Shown piece after piece: positions 25,850-39,076 of a DNA stretch of 64,000 nucleotides (positions within the stretch are counted from its first letter, which is position 1; each line of letters begins with the position of its first letter). The stretch covers positions 917,415-981,414 of the forward strand of contig CAJINV010000009.1 of assembly GCA_905178155.1 (NCBI GenBank), written 5' to 3'. The DNA is from Amoebophrya sp. A120. Lineage: Eukaryota > Protista > Dinoflagellata. Below the pieces are notes generated by a model, which was not told where the DNA came from, made no database searches, and saw only the letters and a list, made by a program, of their open reading frames with translations. A program made the position numbers and the translations under genes.

Positions 25850-26950
25850 ATCAACGAAGAAAACATTGACTTGTGAATACTTCAAAATCTCTTTCGTTGC
25901 CGGCATGCGCCCCGGCGAAGCACTCGCAGCAGTGCGGGCGTTGCGCCAGATCGCTGACGACGCCGGGGCAACGCGCACTCCACCTCCATCCTTCCAACAA
26001 TTGGCGCAAGGCGCCAGCGCCCATAAATGCCATAAATCGAATCCAGCACCGGGGCGGCGGGGTGGAAGCTGCCAACGACGATCGGCATCGGGGAGGCTAC
26101 TTGGACAGCCCTGCTCCGCATGGGATCGCCGGCCGGCGCCACTGCCCCACGACGGGCGGCTAGAAAGGCGGGCCGAGGGCGCGGGGCACACAGCCCAACG
26201 GCACGAGGGCGAACCACAGACGGCGCGCGCCTGGCTCGCGCCGCGTCCCCACCACCCCCCTTGCGGGGGGCAGCGCTTCGCGATCTTGCGCACGGGGCGG
26301 CGAACGGCTCGCCGCCCAATGCCGTCGGGGTCGCCACGCCGCGCAGCGGGCGCCAATCACTGGCCGGCTGAGGCGGTAAATCCGAACGGTGGGCGGAGGA
26401 ACTTACTAGCCGCGCCAGTGGCTGGCGGTCTGCTCGAAGGATCGCTATTCGTGTTGCTGCTTGAGGATGAGGAAGACGACAGCGCAGCCCTGTAGACCGT
26501 GGCGGGCTCTCCTTTCCTTCAAGCGATGCACTTCTTACACCATGCGGCGGGTCCGCGGGGTGGTGCAGGCGCTGCGGCACCGTCAAGCGCCCTCGTCTTG
26601 CGGCTCTGCCAAGAGTTGCCACACCACACGGGCCAGCGCAGCGGCGGCACATCGCTGGGCGATCCGGCAGGTCGTCCAGTAGTCCGGATCCTTGGTCCAG
26701 CACGGCACTCCCCGTCCGGCCTTCGGCTCGCCAACGACCGAAACTGTCGGCCTTTGCGCAACGTCAGCGACGGGCCAGGAGCCATGGCGAACAATCACTA
26801 TCACGCGCACACGCGCTCCAGGAGCTATGAGTTTAATTGTAATCGCATCGAGAGAGCTAGCGGAGCGTCGGCGTTCCTCTGCCTGGACAAATTCATTTTG
26901 TAAGCCACATTTGTTCGGTCGTCACGTCAATCTTCGCGCCGCAACTACAT
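25850..26950. mobile_element. GC-rich intergenic island, probable repeat or TE remnant
   Basis: Sharp GC increase with many overlapping R/A/P/G-rich spurious ORFs; boundaries approximate. Confidence 0.3.
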
Positions 26951-27836
26951 ACACGATCCACTCATACAGCATGAGAGAAGCTTAGCACTTGGTTGCTGCG
27001 CTTTCGCCAAGTAACTCCAGAAGTGTCCACCTCCTCTGCTGCACATCGGGTGTCTCACTCGGACTCGACTCAAACAGAAAGAAAAAAACTCGCAAAATGA
27101 GCAAGACGATGCAAATGAACCCCGCATCCCCGGTGTAAACTCAGACGAAAAAGTGAATCCTTATTCATGTTCTCGCCCTCTTTTCTTTGAACAAGAACAA
27201 AGAAGATCGAAATCGGTATAACTGTATTCCCTCTGGTTCTTGGTCCCACTTTTGCTCACTCCCGCACTTCCTCCTGCTTGCAAGTGTTGTTCGCGCAGCT
27301 GCGAACCGGGGCACAAAAAGCGTTCATTTATTTTCATTTTCGCTCCTAGTCCACTTGGTACTGGGTCCACCGATCGGCGGAATGTTCCAGATCCACCTTA
27401 CCACTTCATAGTCGAGGATAATTTGGTTGTAGTTCAGGTCGTACTCGTACGCAAACGCAAATGATAAATTGGGTGATTCCTTTAACTTTCTGTTTCTTTC
27501 AATCAACTTTATTTGCAAAAAAACCGTCACAAAAAAAGTTCTGCAGCTTTATCCTTGCGAACTGGCGCGAAATGCCAGCTCTAGATAAGCAAAAGGGCAA
27601 ATGTTCAAAATCAAACTTCCACATAACTCTGTAGTCAACAGCGGACATATGTAAGTATAGTACCCGCACCGTCAACCCATATGCAAGTCCAATTGCAAAC
27701 AAAATCAACATGAAAGTCACAATCCTTGTCAAAGTGTTCATCTGACATCTGAACAATTGCGTCAAACTCGGCACCACTCCAGTATCCGTGAGAAAAGCGC
27801 TCAATATTCCCGCTCCCAAGAGCAAGAACTAGTTCA

Positions 27837-30800
27837 TCAGAACCCCGCATCTTCGTCCGATTTGAAGCTGCTACCGTCGCCTTGGGAGAAGATTTCTTCC
27901 TCGATTTCTTCGTCGATCTCCTCCGGAATGTTGTCGCCGCCGAAGGGATCCTCGTTCTTCTTCGCAGCTTGCTCCTGCTTCCTGCGGTCCAGCAGGTCGT
28001 TGTACACGTCGTCTAGTTTGAACGCAAGTTCCGGCTTCTCTTCGTGATTTCCCGCATTCGCTTCTATCGCACCGTCTCCCGCTGCTGCTGCACTACTCGT
28101 GCTTGGTGCAGCTGCTGCACCAAGCCCGAGAATCTCCACCTCCTTGCTGTTGTTGGAAGATGAAGGCACGGCATCGGTGATGTTCTCGTCGTCAAATCGA
28201 TCATCGAGACCTATCTTGTTCGACGAAGAAGACCCTCCTGCAGGCCCAAGAAAATCGTCCAGGCGGAATGAGTCGTTTTCGCCATTCTCCTCGTCATCCG
28301 CTGTTTGCTCCGCGGGTGGGGGCTTCAAAATGTCTATCCCTCTGGCTTGTGACACCGCAAGAGACGAGGAATCCTGCTCGGGGTACGAAGTTCTGCTCTC
28401 TGCGCCAGAGGAAAATTTGTTCCCCGATGCGGATGCGTTTATCATGTTCTGGTTTTGTTGTTGTTCATCTGTGCTAGCGAAAGCAGCTTTGGAAGACGAA
28501 GATGACGCTGCAGGAGCCGTTCCGACCAGCAGGCTTCGATTCGTGCCTGGGTCTTGGTCGACGACGGGTTCCGTTGCGGTCGATGACTGGGCTGAAGCCG
28601 TCATGGTCATCGTGGGAACCGAGACCGGAGGCAGTGCGTTTGTGGTTGACGCTGACGGGCCTATGGCCGCACTCCCAAGAACGACCCCTGGAGGTTGTTG
28701 TACCACAACTCGGTCCGCTGGTTGAAAAGCCTGCTGCTCTGCACTCAGCCTCAAGCGGAAATCAGGCCCGTTGCTGGTCGTCGCTGTGCCGGCCACGTCG
28801 TCCTCCACATACAGAACGACCCCGTCCGCGGAGGACCGCGCGGAGTGGCTGGCTCGCGGGGGGCTTTGCGAGGTCCCGAAGCCCGTTTGGAACGCGTTCC
28901 TGGACCGCTCCACGTAGGACTTGCCGTCGAAAAGTTCTGCTTCTTTCAAAATCGCGTCCACGTCAACGGACTGCGACAGCATGGAGTTCGGATTGGGGTT
29001 TTTAAAGAACCCGTGCCTAGCAAATTCCTGAATTTCCTGGTTCAGCATTCGGGTTTTCCGCTCAAGTCCAAAGTGCGCATTGGAGCTAGAGCTGTCGCCG
29101 GTGGTCGACGCAGACTTGCTGGTGCCGACGTTGTAGCGCTGCTTGGTCGCGGCCAGCTCGGCGTCGATGTCGGACTCCCACTTTGCGTAAAGTCGCTCGG
29201 GATCCAGCGTCGTCCCGTTGGGGGATTGGTCTTGGGAACGCACGCCCGCATGCCCGGTGGTATTCGGGGAAAGAGCACCTGAAAGCAGGCGTAGTGATCT
29301 TACAAGACAAGAAAATATTGAAATTCAAGCTCTTCCAGCATCCACGGTATGTCGTTAGGTGTTTCCGACCGCGTTTCCGGGTGGTCTTCATAAGGCACTA
29401 CTGGAAGACTATGAGGTACTTAGATATTCAAGGGAGCCGACTGCTTCAGTTGTAAGTACGTACCCTGCTGCATTGACTGCGTCAGGAGCAACTGCTCGAC
29501 CCGTCGGAGCTCTCTCTCTTTCAAAACGCCGTCCTCGTTCCTTCGCTGCAAACGGTCCACCTCGACCTTCAGCTTGATGTTATCCTCGCGGAGCTTTAGC
29601 ATCTGCTGCTTGAAGTCTTCTGCGTCCTTCTCGCTCTGCGTCTGCCTGGAGACGGCGCGCTCCAGATCGTCTTGCTTGGACTAGGGTGGATGTAGTTTGG
29701 GAACAGAATATGCTTGTTTCTAAATGAACTGAAGAAGTGAAACTGAAAGTGCGTAGAGGCTTCTGCTCCATGACATGCAGGACAAGTACGGAGAAATCGG
29801 CAAAAAGGAAAATGGAATCCACTCGTACCAATCCGTCCCTGCGCAAGTCGTCGATTTGCTTCTGCAGAAGTTTCTGGTTCTCCTCTTGCTGCCGTAGAAG
29901 TGCCTGCTCCTTCTTGCTGAGTCCAGAAAATACGTCCTCCTGCCGTTTCAACTCCTCTTCCCGGAGCTGATTTACCGTCTTCAACTTCTCTACCTGTTGC
30001 TGCTCTAGTTTCGTTTGCTCGGCGGCAATTGCGACCTGGCGCTGGCTCGCTTCGTGCAGAATCTTGAATTCCTTCAGCCGGTCCTCGAGTTCCACAACAG
30101 TTTTCTTCAGCGTAGTAGTCTGCTCGAAGTAGTTCCGACTCTCTGTCAAAGCCGTGTCGCGCTGCTGCTTGATTAGATCGATCTGGCACTTTTCCTTTTC
30201 GAGATTCAGCTGAAACGTCCGCGCTTTGACCTGAGGGGGTTTTCGTCGCCGGATGTTGCAAGGAATAACATAAGATTTGAATTGCAATGGTGTTCATTTT
30301 GAATCGCCATCGCTTCCCACAATGCGCGTCCTTACAACTTCCACTTCGTGGCAAATCACAAATTTTTCTTGTACCATGTCTTGTTCCAGGTTTTTCTCCA
30401 CGTCGATTTTGTGTCTGTCGACAACAGCCTGATTTTGTGCTTCCAACTGTCTACGCGAAGCTTCCCAGTTTCGGCGCTCTTCAGCGAACTTGCTCTGATT
30501 TTTTAGTTGTGGACATCACTGACAAGGTGGAATGTCGATTCCTATATGCTCCTGAAAGGATGAGCAATTCGGCACTCATTGCTTCCTGGAACCAACTTTG
30601 ATTTTGCAGGAAGGGGAGGTCGCTGTACTCAAGAATAAAAACCACAAACATACCTTCTCGCTTTCGACGCCGTCCCTCGCTAGCGCAAGTCGCTTTTCCT
30701 CGAGCGCGACCCATTCTGTTTTTCTCTGTACAATCAAGTTTTGTTCCTCCATTTTCCGCAGTAACAGCGTGCGTTGTTCAGTGGCCTTGCGGTCGAGCTC

Positions 30801-31818
30801 GATCTCCTTTTGCTGCAGCCGGTGCAAGGCCTGCTCCTCTTTCGTCTTGAGCCGTGCCTCCTTCTCCGAGAAAGCCTTGTTGGACTCGAGCTGGCGCGTC
30901 TGGTACTCGGCTCGCGCTTTCTGCGCCTCTTCTAACCGAATCTGCTGCCGGTCCAAGGCCTTCACCCGCTGCAGCTCGGCGTCCATTTCTTGGCGGTACC
31001 GCTTTTCGCACTGCTGCTGGTAGAGCAACATCTTCTCTTCCAGATATTTTGTCATGTTTTTATTCCTATCCAGCTTGCTGTCGGCCTCGAGCTTTTTCAG
31101 CTTGTACTCCAAATTGTAGCCGCCGGGTCCTCCGCCGTTCCCACCAGGGCCGACTATGTTCACGGCGTCCGTCTGACACATGGACTCGCGTTTTTGCAGC
31201 TTTTTCTGCTGCTGCGACTGCTGCTGCTTCTCGACCCAGAGCAGAAGAGACTCAAGTAAAGACGCTGCAGTCGGGGGGCTTGTCGACGTTGGACCGGTCA
31301 TGTTAACGTCTGATTTCCATTTCGATTTGACTCAACGATTGTTTCCAGGCCAATTCTAAAATTGGCATCAAACATAATCCAGATAAAGGTCGCTTATCGC
31401 GAAAGCAGAAGGACAGAAAACAAATCCTACCATCTGTCGGCGAGAGCGGCATGCCACCATTTCCCAGCAACTCCACATCGGCCAGTGATATTCCGAGTAC
31501 CTTGCAGATGTCTGCCTTCGACATGATCTCGCCGTCTCGGAGGCCGCATTCCGGCGTCAGCACGCTCATGCTGTAGAGCTTGTTCTTCACCTTCAATGCC
31601 TCGAGTAGCAGGGAAAACAGGGCCTTTTCCCGAAGATCGTGCTTTTTCCCCTGGTCCGCGGAGATTTTGATTTGGTTTTTGGACTTCAAGTTTTCGATCA
31701 ACTGGTATCGCAGCTCGGATTTCAACTTGTTCTGCAATCCCGAGGCCTCCAACGCCTTCCCCAACGGAGAAGCGCGGGCCTGGTGCACCTGCAGCTGGTG
31801 CATGCCGGATGCCGACAT
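27837..31818 (-). CDS. OFD1: OFD1-like centriole/basal-body protein (LisH plus coiled coil), multi-exon
   Basis: N-terminal LEASGLQNKLKSELRYQLIENL and LisH-like ALFSLLLEALKVKNKLYSMSVLTPECG; OFD1-type coiled coil LEEKMLLYQQQCEKRYRQEMDAELQRVKALDRQQIRLEE; acidic tail; GT-AG introns. Confidence 0.7.
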
Positions 31819-32499
31819 GATAGAAGATGCTCGTCAGGAGCGCGCGCTCGAGCAGCTCTACTGAATCAGTTTTGATGGTAATGCATATGTTTAATGCAGT
31901 GGCCCTTTGCGGTTTGGCGGTGTCGTCGCTCTGATGTCCTAACTTGTTCATATTCGTTTTTGTTTATACTGATTCTCCTTTTTGTTGGCAAAATGTCAAC
32001 CTTGCTTTCGACTTGCTTTCGGTCATCTATTCCAATATGTGGACAAGCTACATCGCCTTACTCTCGACGTTTCGGTTTTGATGTGCGCCAACCAGGCGAA
32101 CGAAGTTAGGCTCCTCAACTCGGATCGGAATATGAGTATCGATCTTGTGCAGGACTGCTCTCTCAACCAGCAAAGTGTGTACTTTATCATCAACATTAGC
32201 ATTACCATAGAGGCGCAGCAACAGCGAGGGCGGCTTGCTCTACTACTACCAGAACGTCGGCCACTTTGTCTTTGTCAAGTAAAAGAATATTATTGTTTGG
32301 TGTACCATAACACTATTTGCAGCTTCTCTCGACGATGTCGATCAAAAGACACTTGAAACAAGAACACACCAGCCCCCTGACTTCAACAATTGATATTTTC
32401 TGCAGGTGCAGAACCCAATGTCCTAATTGAACGCGAACCACGTGAGCATCTCCATTGCGATGCTGCGATCGTCGACATCGGCATGACTACGGCCCGCAC

Positions 32500-33150
32500 C
32501 AGCTACACACAAACACACACGCAGCCGGCCCACGGCGCAATCAAACACGCCCAAACTAACAGCCTCAGGCTATCATAATGGGCCTGCCTCACACAGAACG
32601 CAAAGGGGCGCGCGGCCACAAAGTAGAGCAGGCCCGGGCGGCCCCTGCTGTGGCCCGGAGATTCACAGACACTCTTAAGGGACGGGCGATCCGTCGAGGG
32701 CACTTCAGGGCGAGCCCAAGAAGGCAGGGGCCACCATTTCGCGCGCGCGGGCGCTTGGGGGAGCAGGCCCGGCAACAACACCCCGGCGCATGCTGCACGG
32801 GCCGCGCCGGCTGCATCAACCGGGCGCCCGCAAAGGTTTGCGGGCCAGGCCGGGACAAAGGGCCCGGGACAGGGATAAAGAGGGCCGGGGCAAGCGTCGC
32901 GCGGCGGATGCCTCAGGGCCTGCGCCGACGCAGTCTTCGATCACCACCATAAATTTTTACGCGCATGAGGCCAGACCGAAGCTGCCGGGATCGTAGACCG
33001 AAACTGACTCGAGCCCCCGGAGAAGCGCGCCACCGCTCACGTCCCTGGCCCAGGCAGACTCGGCGGAAACAAGGCGCGTCGCTCGTGCAGCCGGCCGCGA
33101 AACTGTCGCGCTTCCATGTTCGCCGAAGGCGAAGCGAATAGCATCCACAA
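32500..33150. mobile_element. GC-rich intergenic island, probable non-autonomous element
   Basis: Compositional island starting after an AC-rich tract; no credible ORF; termini not found. Confidence 0.3.
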
Positions 33151-33442
33151 GGACTTAGTTGAGAGGTTACACAAGGCTTCTCGATTTTTCAAAGGACAGA
33201 CGAAAAGAAATACAGACACATCCGGGAAAAGCATGGAGAAAGTTTGAGTAACGTTTGTTGGCTGACTATTCTGCTCTTGATCTCGTTCCACACTATCACA
33301 AAAATCTCTCAAACCACACCGGCTCAGCCTTGACTGCCCGACCTGTTCATGTTTCCGCGTTCAACACTTCCTCCAGTCGATCTCCAACAAAAAGGCTAAG
33401 TAGCTGCACCTGCAGCTGCCACTCTAATTCTCAGAATAAAAG

Positions 33443-33846
33443 GGAAGGTGGCGGTATCACGTTTTGACATTTTTGGAATCGCGTTTACTCATGGAATCAC
33501 GTTAACGGAGTCACGTTTGCGACGGAATCGCGTTTGTCGAATCGAGTTGAGTGAAACAACTTCGACGCCGAAATGCCCACAACGCACTTAAACGAACGGC
33601 GGGCGGGCCCAGCGGTCCGCCGGGATCAATGACGCGCCCCACCGGCCAAGGAGCTGGCCAGCAGAAGCCAGGGGGCCCCCAGGGAAGCGACAGAACAACC
33701 ACGAAGGCGGGCCGGGCGCGGGGTCGCCACCTACCTCCCAAGAACGAGAAGAGAGAGTCGCCGGCCAGGGCAGCCGCCGCCGGCCGGCCGTAAACGTGAT
33801 TCCACAAACGTGATTCCAACTTGAAAACGTGATTCCGCTTCCAACC
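33443..33846. mobile_element. MULE/Mutator-like MITE with 9-bp TSD
   Basis: GAATAAAAG at 33434-33442 and 33847-33855; imperfect TIRs with GG...CC ends; about 5 GGAATC(A/G)CGTTT-like boxes on the left and 3 inverted AAACGTGATTCC on the right. Confidence 0.85.
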
Positions 33847-34168
33847 GAATAAAAGACGCAACAACGAGGAAACCGCAGTCGTTACTCAAGAGAACACAGA
33901 GACAGAGCCACCAGCAAGGCCGAAAGAGACATGAAAAGTTCGTTCTCAAGCCATAGCCATGTGCCAAGAACCACATCTCTATGTTGAAGACTCAAGCGGG
34001 AGAGAAGTGCTCCATGTGTGAATCTTCATGATTGACAGCTGGCGCAATTCAATAAACTCAAATTAGTTTGTATCACAATCGGAATCCAGAGGAACAACGG
34101 GTCATTGCGCTGGACCTGGAGGCGATATTGAAAATGTGCCTACCAACGAAAAGCACCCCTATTGTTGC

Positions 34169-37100
34169 TCACATCATCATCGGCGCCCCTGGTTGCAACC
34201 ACGCCTGCAAATCTTCTACCGCGACCGTGTCCGTTGGGGCTGATTCTGGCGCCTCGCAGTTAAAGGACGTAAACAAGTGTTTCAAATCTTTCTGTGACCA
34301 CTTCAAGGATGGTGCCACGGCGCCACTCATCTCGACAAACTCGTCCATGGTCATTCGTTCCTTGCTACTGCGACAAAATTGCAGTATTGTTTGCACGTCG
34401 TCGGGACTGGACATGCGCTTTCGGATTGCGGTGCGGACCTGAAGATGGGAAACGAGGATCAACATGCAAAGCAATCGATATCGAATATCAATATTCATTG
34501 TTGAGCGCAAAAAAAAAAGCGGACGACTTTGACAAAACGACAGAGCAACCTTTTCGGAAAAAAAAAGAAAGAAATGAAGATTTGTATGTAAGTACCACAT
34601 TCAGATTCCGTGTCTTGATAGCACCGAGCAGAAGCGTGACTAATCCCAACGCTGCTATGTAAAGGGCAATCAGGATGCCGATCGTCCTTGCAATATCCTC
34701 GGTATACATGGCTGAGAATTCGAGGCCGGAGAGGAACATGAGGTATATCCCTCGCCCACTGATTCTCGTGAGCAACCGGCAATACTTACCAATTGCAATT
34801 TTTGCCTTTACCACCCAGCGGAAGTTCAGCGGTGCATCCAGTACGGCGATCATCTATGATTTGAATTGCGATTTTCGATGGCGAAGATTTTTTCATCTTT
34901 CAAGGACGCGCTGCTGCAAATGAAACATAGGTAGGTAGGGTAGGTTTACTCAACTACGGAGTTATAATAGTCTATAGCAATAGCGTAAGCGCTTATTTGT
35001 TTCTATAGACTGTTGGGTGGCAGGGGAATTGCCGGGCCATCTGCATCTGCTTGCTGGGGCGGCATTGCTTCCTTCTTTCCCTTGCAGGCCATCTCATGTC
35101 TCTGCATGTCGTCAACTTGTTTCATCATCGAGCGGGTGAACTCCGTGATGACTTGCTGATCCTCCTCCTGCAGCTGCTTCTTGAATGTTCCGCACTTCCT
35201 GCATTTGATTCCGAACTTGCCGCTGCGCGTCATGTAGCATGCATCTTCGGGAACGTGGCACCTGGTCACGTAGGCGTTGGAGCCCATAAAATATCGCCCC
35301 TGGTTGCTATCCCAGATGTGTTCGCTCGGCACGAACTCATTAGTTTTAATTCGTTCGCCACCATCGCCGTACCGCCAAAGCTGCCCGTATTTGACATAGT
35401 CGCCGCGGGTATGTGCAAGCGCGTGCAGCTCCATCGCGCCAGCGCTTGAAGTAAAATGCTCACAGCAAATCTCGCAGGTTATTTGCGGCACGTGCCCCGC
35501 GCGCCTCCTTCCCGCCGGTGGTTTGCCTTTCCTCGCTTTTTCCTTGAGGACACCAGGATGGCGCGCAATGATTTCCGCCCGGAGTGCGGTAGCTCTTTCG
35601 TGATCATCCTCTTCATTCCTCTCCATCAAAGCATTGCGGCATTGAAGGTCAGGCTCCGCGACCGAGTGGCTATCTTTGCAATGCGTCTGGAAGGCGTCCG
35701 GAACACCCGCGATCTCCTCACCGCTCAGTGGCTCCTCCTCCGGGTCCTGAAAATGCGGCGAATCCGCAGGGCACCAGGGACATCGACGTAGCTTGAAGAT
35801 TTCTGGAATAGCGCCGGTTGGTCGTGTATAGCCGTTCAGGGCTGCAATGGTGTCCACCGCCGGATCAAGCCCCTGCGCAACTGCGTCCTGCCGGATTTGC
35901 GCCCTTGTGCGCCTCTCCCCGCTGTTTGAGCCAAAATACTTCATTGCTAATTTGTCAAGGTACTCCTCTCGCAGTTCCTCTCTGCGTCCTTGGTCTTTCT
36001 CCGGCTGCGTCCAATCGCTCACACACTCACGAATGTATGCCCAGCGAGTTAGAACGTAAAAAGTCCGCTTGTTCTTGTGGTAGAGCGAATTTGGGCCCTT
36101 GAGGTCTGGGCGCAGGGCTTCACATTCATCGGGTGACATCACCAACTTATCAAGAATCTCACTGCTTATTCCACACTCCTTGCGCAAATACCCCGCGCAA
36201 TCCTCCACATACGACGGGATGTGTCTGCGCTTCGGATCGAGCTCCTTGAGGTTGCTGTCACTGCGCAGGTAGTGTCGTGGTCGGAAGTCAGGCTGGTTCT
36301 GGTCCATGGGCAGATGCAGGGTAGGAAAAAACTGGCCCACCAGCGCCTTGCGGGTCAGATCGCTTTTCGGCTTCCTCATCACATGTCCGAAATAGCGCAA
36401 CTGCAGAAACTTGAGGTGCGTAGCGAGTGGCGGAATCTGTAATCTGCGCCGGACTTCTGCGTTGCTGATCCTCTCCGTCTTCTTTGTCCACCACGGCAGG
36501 CCCAGAAGCCGACAACCAAACTTAATTTCTTCGGTTTCTAGTTGCCGGATTTCCGCCGGTGTCACCGCTCTGCACTGAAGGCCGTAGCAGAGGATCGTGC
36601 GGAGTAATGTCAAAACTAGTTCCCCGCGCCTGGCGTTTGACACGCCCCCAACTCCTGCAAGCTTCGAGGAGAGTGCAAAATAGGCCTTCCATGCTTTTCT
36701 TATTTTTTCGCTGATGTCACGCTCTGGACACGTCCACACCCCTAAGTTCTTCGCCACAATCCTGGTCACGTCGCCCTGGATTCTTTTCGTCTTGTTCTCG
36801 CGCATGCCAGAATCAGCAAGCGCCTGCGTGAAGGCTTCCATAACTTCCAAATCCACCGGTGGCAGCTTCGGGTCTTGGTTGAGATTGTGCTTGTCTTTCT
36901 CCTCCATGGCTCGCACGGCCTGCCTGTCCATCTCCGCCATGAAGGTCGTGTCGTCCGCAAAAAGCAGGGCAGTCAGATCGGTTCTTGTGAGCTGCGCATG
37001 TAGGTGTGTGTCTGCTGCCATCGGTCTGCTTGCCCGCCGCGCCATAATAAGGTCGTGGACCTTTTCACTTCGCTTCAAATGTATCCCCGACGGCTTGGAC

Positions 37101-39076
37101 CATAAAACGACGCCGGCCGTCTGCTTCATGGCAACACCTGCGGCCCGCGCTGCTTGCTGTTTCGCTTCCATCAACTCTTTCTGCCGCATTATCACCACGC
37201 AGTAATTTATCAGAAACAGCAAAGGCGAAGAAACGCATCCTTCTTTACACCCATGGGTCAAAAACACGTCCTCCGCTCCAAAGTTGTAGACGGCCCCGCG
37301 ATGGCTGTTCTGCAGCACTGCCCAGAGGATAGTCGTAGAGAGGCCCAGTTGTTGCATGATGGAGGTGATGCACCTCCAATCCATTGCGGGGAAAGCCTTA
37401 CGAAGATCCACCAAATGCGGCACAACCGCCGCCATCTCTGGCACACTGTTGGCATAGTGCTGGCAGTCCTCGCGCAGTTTGTGGTAGATAGCAATCGAGT
37501 CCACCGTGCCGCGGTTTTGCCGAAAACCGTGCTGCGCCTCCGGAAAGAATCCACAACGTTCCAGCACTTCGTAAAGCCGCCGCGTGTAGACGCGGCATAC
37601 CAATTTTTGCACACAGGGCGACACGATGAGAAATCTGTAGTTGTCGGCGTCCTTCCTACATCCCCGGCCCTTCCAGAGCGGCGTGCTTTTGCAGAGGTTC
37701 ACCGCCCGCCCCAGATTCGTCATCTTCTTCCTTTTCAGCTCGCTGCTCAGGCAGGTGGTCACCATCTGCAGGCTGTCGCTATCTACATATCTGAAAATCG
37801 CCGCCGACAGCCCATGCGCGTCTTTCGCTGCCCCGCCTTTTCTCAGTGCCTTTGCGGCCTGCTCAAGCTCCTCCGGCGTAATCTCTGCATCTAGCTCGGC
37901 AAGATTTTCCGCGGAGAGTTTCTGAACCAGTCTCGGTATGTGCGCCTCAATCGGTAGCTCCTCCCCATCCGGCAGCGTTGGAGACGACCCCACGGAGAGC
38001 ATCTGCAGCTTCATCTGTTGCGGTGTTATTTCACAACACCGGTCAGTCTTCTTCAGCGTTTCCGTCTTGCAATGCTCCCAAAACTCCGATCGCGACTTTG
38101 CTGATTCAACAAGGCTGTCACTATCAGGAACGCGAAGCCCTCCCGGTCGCTTCTTCCTCAGAAACCAAGGGGTAGTCCGAATGAGAAAGTTCTGAAACTC
38201 CTCCATGCCGAATCCGTCCGGGCCTAACTGCGTCATTCGGGTCTGCAGGTCGTGGTTGAACTTCGCGACAAGTTTGGGTGACGGTGCTGGGTCGAGTTCC
38301 ATGCTTGCCGTTCGCCGCTGCTGCCCTTCGACCTTCAGCTGCGCCTTCGATTTGATGTCCACCGCTGCTTCGATCGCCAGGTGGTCAAGTTTGCGCGGCG
38401 CGGCCTGGCTCCCGTCTGGCAGCTTCCCATTCGAGTCAAATCGTGCGTACGCCCGGTGCCGCGCCAAATGCCGCCCCGGCGCAATGAAATGATCGATCTC
38501 ATTGCCTTCGCGAGTTGCCGAAGTGGCTCCCTGCCCCGGCGGAAAATGGGTCCCAACCAGCACCAGATTGCCGGCGGTCAAGGTCTTGGCGAAGTCCCGC
38601 CCGCGCGCGTTTGTGTGCGGTAGCCCGTAGCCGCCATGTATTATCGTATCGCCAAATCTTTCGCTCCCTATCTGCGCATTCGTATCCCCCGCTGCAATGC
38701 TGCATTTCCACTTGTGCGCCTTTCGTCTGTTAATCTCCAGGTTAATAGTATACAGATAAAAAGATCGTTGATCTTGCGAGCAAACTCACTGAGGAAAATG
38801 CCGTGTATGTATCTATACCGCTCCGCCGAAGAACAGGTAGATTTCCGAGAAGAAATCCAGCGGGAAGGCGACGAAGGCGAAAGGAATGATCAAAAACCAG
38901 AGCGCTGCCAGTACTGCGCTAAACATCGCGCTGACTCCTGCGACAAAAAACAGGACGCCATAGGGTACGGGTGTCGCTAGTCTCTGCAGATTGGTTTGCT
39001 GTGCGGCGCTGCCCGGACTGTTGGCTGGGTCGGCCGTTGCGGGGTTCTCTGCATCCACTCGGTGATACTGCACCAT
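34169..39076 (-). CDS. COPI-associated/TVP15-like multi-pass membrane protein with EF-hand-like C-terminus, 3 exons
   Basis: Exons 39076-38819, 34853-34596 and 34438-34169 join through GT-AG introns: ...IYLFFGGA|MIAVLDAP...YCRLLTRISGRGIYLMFLSGL...RNLNV|VRTAIR...TVAVEDLQAWL. Confidence 0.75.
34928..38745 (-). mobile_element. Non-LTR retrotransposon (RTE-like LINE), 5'-truncated, inside host intron 34854-38818
   Basis: Single long APE-RT-zinc-finger frame; short 3' region followed by a (CCTA)n-like tract at 34928-34945; same orientation as the host gene; ends approximate. Confidence 0.85.
35003..38745 (-). CDS. Apurinic-endonuclease C-terminal half, reverse transcriptase and three zinc-finger motifs
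   Basis: The frame stays open upstream of the called TTG and includes IAAGDTNAQIG (GDxN at 38689-38678), followed by EIDHFI and LDHLAI. RT motifs: NYRFL, QHGFRQNRGTVD, VDLRKAF, GCKEGCVSSPLLF, LFADD, KNLGV, LRYFGHVMR. Zinc-finger motifs: CPWC..H..H, CEIC..HALAH, CRKC..HEMAC. Confidence 0.92.

Noticed and set aside
27324-27825. Small membrane-protein-like ORFs just after the OFD1-like stop
   Set aside because: There is no ATG start, no room for a separate 5' end and no recognisable domain; it may be 3' UTR.
35926-35937. 12-nt match to the dinoflagellate spliced leader (ATTTTGGCTCAA, minus strand)
   Set aside because: It lies in frame within the RT ORF (YFGSN) and is likely a chance match.
35003-38581. 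Group II intron, retron or other prokaryotic RT system; or the mobiliser of the introners
   Set aside because: APE motifs and LINE-type RT/thumb motifs indicate a non-LTR retrotransposon. The introners have TIRs and fixed 5-nt duplications and share no visible 3' tail with it.
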